The position numbers and the translations under genes were made by a program. From Setoptus koraiensis (Eukaryota; Animalia; Arthropoda), in NCBI GenBank assembly GCA_048013815.1, contig CM106585.1, positions 6,262,001 through 6,326,000 of the forward strand: DNA of 64,000 nt, written 5' to 3'. Under the pieces are notes generated by a model, which was not told the DNA's origin, did no database searches, and worked only from the letters and a program-made list of their open reading frames with translations. Position 1 is the first letter of the stretch, and every line of letters starts with the position of its first letter. Positions 55,818 to 64,000 of the stretch are shown piece after piece.

Positions 55818-58016
55818 TACGCACAATAGTAATTCAATGTTTTGATGCGACGATTCGTTGATTCTGGTCTATTGGGGTTTTCGATAGATTAGTTAGAAGC
55901 TCGCGATAAAAGAGTCAAGCAAAGACATACTTTGTTCAGATTTTTCTAGAACTCGATCCGAGGTGATGGATGAGATCTCGCTCGCTAATTAGTGGCACAA
56001 GCAAGTTAGTTGTAAGGGCGACATTTAAGTGATATGAGCAATTAATTAAGTTATCTGTGAGCCGCGCAATTATCAGAATATTAATAATTACAAGATGATA
56101 GCGATGATAGCTATTTATCTCGTGATAGAACAATCTGTCAGTCAATCAATAGATGATCTGGCTAGAGTGATCTATCGTCTTTCGTGTCGACTCGTTTGAT
56201 GTCATAAGTTGATTTGCTTGATATACACCATAAACATCAAGGTCTTCTCAAGATCGGCGTTAATTGTGATGTCTCTCTGCAAGTTTCGGTGTTGGTGTTG
56301 ATGTTATTGAGAGTCATCAAGAGTGCAAGCAAACAGTGTTGACTCCATCAACAGAGATTCACATAAACATATATAATATATTAGTGTGTGTACTAGTGCA
56401 GTGATACAACTATCTAAATAGTCGATATCGTTCGAATCTTAAGTGGTTTCGTTTTTTGGGTTCATTTTCTAAATCAAGGTTATTCAGTTACATACGCCTG
56501 CCAAATGTTTGAGCCACTATTACCAACAATCGTTTCACAACCAACAGTGGGCATCGTTTGGGACCCGGAAGTAGCTCAGTTTAGTTTCACGCGCACTGGC
56601 TCAACTACATATCTGCTGTATATCAAGACCAAATCAGTGATCACACCACGACACACAAATGAAGTTAGTTGGTTGTTGGATCAATGGTCATACAAACTGG
56701 GTCACTTGTTGCTCGTTTCTCTCTAATGTGGTTGCTATGGAATTGATCACAATTGCTGAGTATTGGACGAAACTTGCCAGTTGGTGATATAATTAACTGC
56801 AAACTGCTGTTATAGCCATCATAGTTAGCGCAGACAAACTAGTCTAGATACGATAACAATTTGTCAGCGTAGCAGCTGTGTCCTACGAGTGATTCATTGG
56901 AAGTCTTGGCTGCTATGATGATGGAATCTTTCCATCAAATAAATCAATTATAACTACTTGAGATATAAACATGTTAATCTGCATGACATCAATAAATAAC
57001 AAAACAAAAATAATTATATTATAATGGCTGATAATGCTAATTCTTCTTCATATTTCTCATTTGTCTGTCTATCTATCTATTATCTGTTTGCTCTACGCCA
57101 GTGCATCTGCAATGGCGCTGCTAATAAATGGGAAACAAATGGCATAAGTTTCAGTTGTTATCTGTAAGTTAATCAATAGTAGCAAGGATCATTGATTTAT
57201 ATTGTGTTCATTGTGCGCCCATCATTGATATCTATAATCTGCCGCTGGCATCAGCAAACTGATGATATATATAGGTTCTTTCCCAAGATCCCTCTCACAA
57301 GTTATATATATATATCTTTGCTTTGTGTGGCTACCAGATACCATATAGCACAACAATTACTGTGATGTATCTCCACTTTTCAAGCACAGATACATTTTTG
57401 CGTTGTGGTCTCTTGTTAAGACGACACAGCAGGTTACCAATGGGAGCAAGCCAATTAAACATTTCAATAAAAGTTGATCTCTATTTGATATGTGTCGTCA
57501 ATATGTGCTCTCATTAGGCCTAGCAAAGATCATGAGTTGAGTCTGATAGCAACAAGTGTGCGTGTAATACTAATAATAATGAGATTATCGTTCGATATAG
57601 TCTCACAACTTGTTTTTCGGGTGTCTCAGGCTACGCCCTTGTCATGAAACACGTTGTCCAGCTTGTAACGTATATCTCCTTTGTCAATTAACGATATATA
57701 TCGATATACATGATGCATTGAACGAAGACGGCTTTCTCGTATCGGTTTTGACACTCGTGGCTCGCACTGGTCCATAGTTAACGCAAATATATATTGACGA
57801 CATTGACATTACATCGCGCTTCATTGTGACATTCACAGTTTCACAGGCACTGGATATCATCAATAAACAAAGTTAAGATTTGTTAGTTTCTGTTACCTAC
57901 AGACATAATAATATTCTCTAAGTTCACATATAGAAACATAATTACAAAAACTCATCGAGCGGGCCCAATTCGCAAAGACAGCTCAAGTCACTATTGAGCT
58001 CCCGAGTGGCACAACA

Positions 58017-58053
58017 ATGATTTATTCTGCCATCCCGAAACTGGCCTCATTGG
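58017..58053 (+). CDS. Vg: Vitellogenin, exon 1 (start of signal peptide)
   Basis: ACAATG; MIYSAIPKLASL, donor G|GTAGGT. Joins in phase 1 to give MIYSAIPKLASLAALLLLIASGCHG. Confidence 0.8.
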
Positions 58054-58185
58054 GTAGGTTTGCCATCAAAATACTGCCCACAAGCGGCAAATTCAGTATT
58101 CAATGAAATGATTGTCCTCACTGATAACTCGTAACTCAAATCTCAATCTCTCGTGAATATTCATATTACTCCATTGCACTGTTAG

Positions 58186-58370
58186 CGGCTTTGCTGCTCT
58201 TGATTGCCTCGGGCTGCCATGGCTTTAAATTCGGAAGAATATATAAATATGAACTGAGCGGAAATGTGGACACACGTGTATCCAGTATTGAGCGTGATCA
58301 ACATTCTGGTATGGCCATCAAGTCGACTGTGCTTCTTCAAAAAAAATCTGAAAATGAGCTCATGGTCAAG
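58186..58370 (+). CDS. Vg: Vitellogenin, exon 2
   Basis: FKFGRIYKYELSG is a typical LLTP N-terminal beta-sheet start. Acceptor TTAG| and donor AAG|GTAAGT. Confidence 0.9.
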
Positions 58371-58479
58371 GTAAGTCGTTCGAGCCACACAATCTAATAT
58401 CGCTTTGAGAATATATGCTGATAAAGAGCACACATTCAACTGATCTCGTGATTTTGCCCCCATCATCTTGCTTTATCAG

Positions 58480-58737
58480 CTTGACAAACCGCTCATCGCT
58501 GCCTACAATGACCTAATAGCAGACTTGAAAAATTACACCTACGATTACAAGCCTGTGGACAGCTCTACTTTTCTGGATCAAGCATTCAGAATTCGTAGTA
58601 GATCCGCAAACGGTCCTTTGGAATCGTTTGATATCTACACAAATGAGCCTAAATGGGTTAGCAACCTTAAGCGCGGTTTATTGTCATTCTTTCAAATCAA
58701 AGTGGACCCCGTAAATTCGGCCTACTCAGTGAAGGAG
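58480..58737 (+). CDS. Vg: Vitellogenin, exon 3
   Basis: ...EPKWVSNLKRGLLSFFQ is the conserved Vg N-sheet motif (N.KRG..S..Q). Phase 0-0, donor GAG|GTAAGT. Confidence 0.93.
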
Positions 58738-58864
58738 GTAAGTCATTGTCGACGTTGGCATTCATGCAAGACTTGGCGCTAATTAGCAATGACGCAATAC
58801 TAATCTGCCTTCAATCTATCCCCGCTACTGTGTGTGATCAATCACTGTGTGTCGATCCGGCTAG

Positions 58865-61800
58865 AAATCTGTTTTGGGCGAATGTGAAACAGATTATGTG
58901 TTGTTGGAATCCGCTGGCGCTATCAATATGTCAAAAACGAGAAATCTCGAAAAATGCACAGACAGATATGAGAGGAAGTTCACGGGCTACGAGGTCAAAG
59001 AATGTAAAACATGTAATCTTGACACTCAGGATTTCAAGCACGCTGGCGCCTCATTCACTTATAATCTTGCAGGTACTCGCAAGCTTTATGTTTTGGAATC
59101 GGCATCTCTTCAAGACTGGACCAGATTCTCTGCGTTCGGTATCGGGAGTCACAAAAGAATTGTCGAGTCAACGTTCGATTTGACGCTGATGGGCGATTCA
59201 GCCGGCTACATCGATATCCAATTCGACAGCGTCCTAAGTAACCAGATCACCTATGACAGTCCCCTGGGCACTGATTTTAATGCTCCCATCAACATGGAAG
59301 AGTCTAATTATTTGAGCCAAGTCTACAACCAACCGGCCACAGTTGAGGAAGTGCTGACATTCATGGACGATCTAGTGAAGGAACAGCGACGATACGTGTC
59401 CGATCTTGATGGCGAGGACACGAAAAGCATCGAATACAAGTCGCAATCACGAATGGGCGAGCAATTCATGAAATTAGTCAACCATGTTTCTCTGCTCGAT
59501 GGGCCAAAATTGGACAGTCTCTTCTCCGAAGTGGACGGCAAGGGCGAGGCGTACAAGAAGATGTTCTTTGATGCCGTATCGATAGCTGGCACAAATCCGG
59601 CCTTTATGTTTATGAAGAAACAAATTGAGAACGGCGATTTGCCATCCAAGCGCCAGAAAGAATTTCTATCGCGCGCCTCTTACAATTTGCGCGTACCCTC
59701 AAAGGCTCTATTCGACGAATATGTCAATTTGTGTCGCTCCGACAAAATACAATCCCAGCCTGAGTCTAAGCGCGCCTGTGTCCTGCCATTGGCCTCGCTG
59801 ATTCATCAGCATTGCGCCCAGCCGCACATCAAGGCCCTCAGAAAGCGCCAACCATCCAAGCTGGAGGGTGTTTGTGATCTCGCCACCGGCGAGGAATATT
59901 ATCACAAGATTGTGTCCCTGGTACAGCCAGCCAATCCCGAAGAGGCGACAGTTGGTGAAAAAATGCTCCTCATTAAGGTGGTAGGAGAGCTCGGTGTCAA
60001 GCCCGGTCTTGAATTGTTGACCAATTATGCGAAGGCTCGCAACGAGCATCCGGTGTTGCGTTCGGGCGCCTTGTGGAGCATGAAAAAAATAGCACACTTG
60101 TATCCTGATGATGTGAAACAGGTTGTGTTGCCCTTGTTCTATGACAGACGTGAATTATTAGAGGTTCGTATCGCATCATTTCACAATTGGTGGCTGTCAG
60201 GATTGGAATTGTACGAATTGGAGCAAATTACCAAAACAATGATAAGCGAGCCCAACAGACAATTGGTCACCTACATGTACTCGCTGATAACAAGCTCGGC
60301 TAAGTCGGAGAATGTTTGTTACAGTAATTGGGCCAAAATCGCTAATCATGCCGTGCCCATCATAAAGAAGGCAATGAAAAAGCATAGCTATCCGACGCCA
60401 ACAGACTCGATGGCACGTTTCTCGTCCACGTGGCTCAAGGATTATAATTATGGCACGGCAAGTATCATGTCGATGATTATCGCCAACGATAGCTTTGCGC
60501 CAACATATGTGTATTATAGCACCAGAGAAAATACCGTCGGAGAGATTACGCCTATGACGGTGACAATTCAAGCGCACGGTTTGGATAAATTAGTCAAGCG
60601 AGTCATTGGTATCAACGGCATGCTGTCGGACAAAGAGAACTTGTTGGATTTGTTCTCTCTGAAGAAGCGTAGCAAGCGTCAGGTGGCCGACAAGATCAAG
60701 CAAGAGATTCAGGATATTGACAAAGGTATTGAACTGAAAACGAGAGACTTCAACGATGTTTATGTGTCGTTGACATTGAGCGCTTATGGACGCATTGTAA
60801 CCTTCATGGACATTGATTCCAGCCAATTGAAGAAAATGGCCAGCGAGGACGGCACCATCAAGATACCAAATGTGAGAAAGATCTTACAGGCCTTTGACAA
60901 TTACACAATTCAATCCATGACATTGCCAGTGTCAACTGCGGACATCTTGACCAATCAAATGGGTGTGCCCATATTCCAAGAGATGACTGTGTTTGATTAT
61001 ATGAACTTCAAATTGAAAAATGTTAAATTGGACATAGATCCAGGTCTGTTCAGAGATGAGCGCGCCGGAAAGCCAGTGTCTAAAATAAGTGGCTCTATTG
61101 ATGCTAAACTGGACAAACAGAACGCCATGTTTGTGTCGACAGGTGTATACTTGTCAAGCGCAAACCAGAAAATTGGTGTTGGTTACGGCAAGAGGCTCAA
61201 CATGAACGTACCAATTAAAATGTCCGTTGACGCAGATTTGGTTGAGAACAAGATAACAATCAAGAGGCAACCAATACACGACAGTTTGATATATGTCAGA
61301 TATTATCCAATGTCGTATATTACCAGCACAAGCCCGAAGGCGAGAGTGGATGGCAAGCTATTCAACAACCTGAATGAATGGAGATCGTACTCTGACTTCA
61401 ACAAGACGTCTCAGATGAAACCATTTGAATTTGAATACATGACTCCGCTCGCTATCGGCATCAAAGTGCAAGGTAAACACCAAGCCGACCAGGACTTTAG
61501 TATGGGCGCATGGCGTCGCTACTTGACCACCAGCGGACTGGAAGTGGCCAAATTCATGTTCACTTACGCTCCAACGGCTTACCCGTTAGAGATGAAAGTG
61601 TCAACCATTACAACTAAAGAGAATCCAACTAAGGAGATGACCACAGTTCTGTCATGGAAACACTATCACGAGGACGACTCGACAAACGATCGTAATTCAG
61701 TTGATGTTGATCTGGAGAAATTCACCACCAAAGAGGGCCAGCCAAAGCCAACAACTGTTGCCTACAAACTATCGGTCACCGGCGGAAGTGAGAAGGAACG

Positions 61801-63232
61801 AAAACTGGCCCTTGATTTGCACTATTCGCGCAGTGCCGATCGTCTGGCGCACAAATGGCTTGTATCCTATGTGAGAACACCATTGGATATGTCGTCGCCG
61901 GCATCAGAAGCCACCAATTTGTGCTGGACCGGTCAAATGCAATATCCAAAATATTCAATTGAGAAATTTTTGGCATTGGACCTAGTTGACATGGAACATG
62001 CGGCCAATTTGACCAGTGAAATCACCTTCGGGAATGAGTGTTCTGTCTCTGGCAATCAAAAAGCCGATCAGATGGTATCGCTGAAGGCTACATTCGATTG
62101 GTCTCAAGATCAGCGAGACATGATTGTCCGTGCTATGGCAACAAGATCCGAGAGTAACGATATAGAGGCCGCTGAGAGTCTCATTAACAACAAATTCTCC
62201 GATTTGTACAACAGGTGCGTCACCAACAGAAAACAATTTCAAACACCTATGGATGGAGCATGTTTGGCCTACCTGGCCAAAGTGTCCGAACTAACAAATG
62301 TTCAGGCCACCTTTGATTACAAGAAAGTTCCAGCAAGGTGGACGAGTCTGTTGAAGAAGCTAGGATCACTGTACACGTTGGCGAGGGCAACTTACATTGA
62401 AGAGGCCGAAGAGACGCCCGGCAAACAACAATCCGACACCACCGATAAGGCAGCCTCGCAAGAGAATCGCGCTTACCTGAGCGCAAATATGACCTCTTGC
62501 TCTAAGGACAGGAGGTTGACATTTAAATTTGACACTCCAGGATATAGTGTAACATTCAATAGTCTACCGGTATCATTTATGCCACCGTCGTCATATCCGT
62601 TGTTCGACCTGTCATATTTTCAAAGATTGAGTCATCGTCGTGGAGACACAAGATTTTGTTCAATTGGTGGCAATTCTGTGACCACATTCGACAATATGAC
62701 TATGCCATTACCTAACATTGAGGATGATTGCTACAAGGTGTTGAGCAAAGATTGTTCGCCAGAAAAGAATTTCATGGTGCTCGGTGCCAAGAAGGGCAAG
62801 GGTAAACAATTGTGCATTTATGTTGGCCAAAAGTTTAGAATTGATTTTATACCAAATGCCCAGGGCAACAAAATCGCCGATATCAAAGTCAATGACGCCT
62901 CTATTACGGTGGAACAATCTAAGCCATACAAAAAGGATACCATGTTCGGTCAAAAGCCTGCCGAGGCCTTTGAAATTAGCTATAACGGCGCTTTCTATAG
63001 CTTGACGTCAAAGGCATACAGATTCTCTGCTATGACCGACGGTGCGTGGATTTTGGTTAACCAAGACAAATACTATGCAGGTAAATCTTGTGGTATTTGC
63101 GGTGACGCCAATGGTGAACAAACAACCGAACTGAGATCACCAAGTGGGTGCCTTTACAAAAATACCAACGATTTCATATGGTCTTACACAATACCATCAA
63201 CATGTAAATCGCGACCAACCAAGGCCTGCTAG
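58865..63232 (+). CDS. Vg: Vitellogenin / large lipid transfer protein, exon 4 (LPD-N helical domain, DUF1943-like region, VWD); spliced product 1615 aa
   Basis: KSVLGECETDY; KKRSKR furin site at 60662-60679; C-terminal VWD (SVTTFDN...CYKVLSKDC...GKSCGICGDANGE). A chelicerate carrier-protein paralogue cannot be excluded from sequence alone. Confidence 0.93.
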   Translation, partial: KSVLGECETDYVLLESAGAINMSKTRNLEKCTDRYERKFTGYEVKECKTCNLDTQDFKHAGASFTYNLAGTRKLYVLESASLQDWTRFSAFGIGSHKRIVESTFDLTLMGDSAGYIDIQFDSVLSNQITYDSPLGTDFNAPINMEESNYLSQVYNQPATVEEVLTFMDDLVKEQRRYVSDLDGEDTKSIEYKSQSRMGEQFMKLVNHVSLLDGPKLDSLFSEVDGKGEAYKKMFFDAVSIAGTNPAFMFMKKQIENGDLPSKRQKEFLSRASYNLRVPSKALFDEYVNLCRSDKIQSQPESKRACVLPLASLIHQHCAQPHIKALRKRQPSKLEGVCDLATGEEYYHKIVSLVQPANPEEATVGEKMLLIKVVGELGVKPGLELLTNYAKARNEHPVLRSGALWSMKKIAHLYPDDVKQVVLPLFYDRRELLEVRIASFHNWWLSGLELYELEQITKTMISEPNRQLVTYMYSLITSSAKSENVCYSNWAKIANHAVPIIKKAMKKHSYPTPTDSMARFSSTWLKDYNYGTASIMSMIIANDSFAPTYVYYSTRENTVGEITPMTVTIQAHGLDKLVKRVIGINGMLSDKENLLDLFSLKKRSKRQVADKIKQEIQDIDKGIELKTRDFNDVYVSLTLSAYGRIVTFMDIDSSQLKKMASEDGTIKIPNVRKILQAFDNYTIQSMTLPVSTADILTNQMGVPIFQEMTVFDYMNFKLKNVKLDIDPGLFRDERAGKPVSKISGSIDAKLDKQNAMFVSTGVYLSSANQKIGVGYGKRLNMNVPIKMSVDADLVENKITIKRQPIHDSLIYVRYYPMSYITSTSPKARVDGKLFNNLNEWRSYSDFNKTSQMKPFEFEYMTPLAIGIKVQGKHQADQDFSMGAWRRYLTTSGLEVAKFMFTYAPTAYPLEMKVSTITTKENPTKEMTTVLSWKHYHEDDSTNDRNSVDVDLEKFTTKEGQPKPTTVAYKLSVTGGSEKERKLALDLHYSRSADRLAHKWLVSYVRTPLDMSSPASEATNLCWTGQMQYPKYSIEKFLALDLVDMEHAANLTSEITFGNECSVSGNQKADQMVSLKATFDWSQDQRDMIVRAMATRSESNDIEAAESLINNKFSDLYNRCVTNRKQFQTPMDGACLAYLAKVSELTNVQATFDYKKVPARWTSLLKKLGSLYTLARATYIEEAEETPGKQQSDTTDKAASQENRAYLSANMTSCSKDRRLTFKFDTPGYSVTFNSLPVSFMPPSSYPLFDLSYFQRLSHRRGDTRFCSIGGNSVTTFDNMTMPLPNIEDDCYKVLSKDCSPEKNFMVLGAKKGKGKQLCIYVGQKFRIDFIPNAQGNKIADIKVNDASITVEQSKPYKKDTMFGQKPAEAFEISYNGAFYSLTSKAYRFSAMTDGAWILVNQDKYYAGKSCGICGDANGEQTTELRSPSGCLYKNTNDFIWSYTIPSTCKSRPTKAC

Positions 63233-63267
63233 ATTCGGTGAGCCTGCCATTTTTACAACATGAACAA

Positions 63268-63273
63268 AATAAA
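63268..63273 (+). promoter_or_regulatory. Polyadenylation signal of Vg
   Basis: AATAAA 35 nt after the stop. Confidence 0.7.
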
Positions 63274-63549
63274 GTACTTACACAATTGTTATTGATTGTG
63301 TAAGCGAAAAGTAATATCAAGCTTCTATACTGTCTCATGACGTTATCGTCTTCAGTAAGGATGTGTTGAATTTTGAAAAATTTTTGCAAACTGTGCTTCT
63401 TGTTGTGGATGTGACAGAGCACCTCGAGATGAGTATTTTCACTCATGTTTTACTTCCGGTTCATGCTCCCATCACTTCTATTTTCGGAATCATGGATTTT
63501 TTCCCTAATCGAGACCCCGGGGGTGCCCATAAAGGGAAGGCAATAATCG

Positions 63550-63661
63550 TACAATCGCGAACATAAATTTGGAGACACAAGGGGGGTAGCAGCTCTTTTT
63601 TGCGCAGACAAACACACGCTACTGTCCCCCTCGTGTCTTCAAATTTATGTTCGCGATCGTA
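63550..63661. mobile_element. MITE-like foldback element: 44-bp imperfect inverted arms, 24-nt centre, TA at both ends
   Basis: 63550-63593 matches the reverse complement of 63618-63661 at 38 of 44 positions; all six differences are transitions. Outermost bases are TA...TA. Confidence 0.55.
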
Positions 63662-63729
63662 TTCTCGATCGATTTCTCCTTAGGAGTTCGGCGACGAACG
63701 AGCACTAGTACAATGGGAGTGTTAGCGCA

Positions 63730-63903
63730 TTATTCAAAATGAATGGGAGACTCCCCTGCTGAGCTCTGACTTTGGCGCTGGCGCCACGTGGGAGATAAAC
63801 ACATGTCATAGGCTCCCTGCGGCACGTTTTTCGCTACACTCTCACAAATACGGTGTGCTGATATGCAGTCGTCCTCTGTTGTTTGCATTCTCTTTGTTAT
63901 TGC
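63730..63903 (-). CDS. Possible terminal exon of a gene entering from the right
   Basis: Acceptor TATACAG|GCA in phase 0, open for 57 codons (AITKRMQTTEDDCISAHRICESVAK...PIHFE*). No recognisable family. Confidence 0.25.
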   Translation of the reverse strand, partial: AITKRMQTTEDDCISAHRICESVAKNVPQGAYDMCLSPTWRQRQSQSSAGESPIHFE

Positions 63904-64000
63904 CTGTATACGTTTACAAATAACCAATTCTTTCGTTACTATTCATCTAATCACCACTTGATATCACATTTGTTTTATTAATATCATCTACACTGAACAT

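Noticed and set aside
57980-58000. AGCTCAA-n7-TTGAGCT before the Vg ATG as an ecdysone response element
   Set aside because: Spacing does not fit the IR1 EcRE consensus, and 7-bp arms are expected by chance.
59323-62953. Minus-strand ORFs within Vg
   Set aside because: Antisense shadows of the long Vg exon.
1-64000. tRNA, rRNA, snRNA, telomeric repeats, transposase or reverse transcriptase ORFs
   Set aside because: No recognisable signatures by eye; tRNAscan-SE, Infernal/Rfam and RepeatMasker would be needed to exclude them formally.

Overview
This is eukaryotic, intron-containing arthropod DNA, not prokaryotic. A compact-genome mite is my inference from the gene content and the mostly 100-500 nt introns; I cannot name the species. 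No rRNA, tRNA or CRISPR array was found. Four genes can be spliced by hand with consistent phases. (1) An orphan secreted His-rich, Pro/Thr/Lys-repeat protein (+, 14091-15818, 2 exons, 510 aa). (2) A Sidestep-family (nephrin-like) receptor with 5 Ig domains, FN3 and a TM helix (-, 30453-16057, 11 coding exons, about 1870 aa), swollen by low-complexity insertions. (3) egghead beta-1,4-mannosyltransferase (-, 53792-52122, 3 exons, 488 aa). (4) A vitellogenin / large lipid transfer protein (+, 58017-63232, 4 exons, 1615 aa). Composition changes abruptly at about 50.1-50.8 kb. The left side is GC- and CpG-rich, mostly non-coding, and full of microsatellites, 9-27 bp tandem duplications, GGGCCCC words and many perfect or near-perfect inverted repeats. 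Those repeats include a 32-bp perfect palindrome, 14-15-bp-arm perfect hairpins and 100-170 nt imperfect hairpins. The right side is more AT-rich and gene-dense. The best candidates for novelty are the inverted-repeat landscape (some hairpins fold better on one strand), the orphan secreted protein, a gapless diverged copy of an egh N-terminal segment 2100 bp away, and a TA-flanked MITE-like element. Most ORFs in the supplied track are shadow ORFs of stop-poor, repetitive DNA. All coordinates and pairings were done by eye and should be confirmed computationally.
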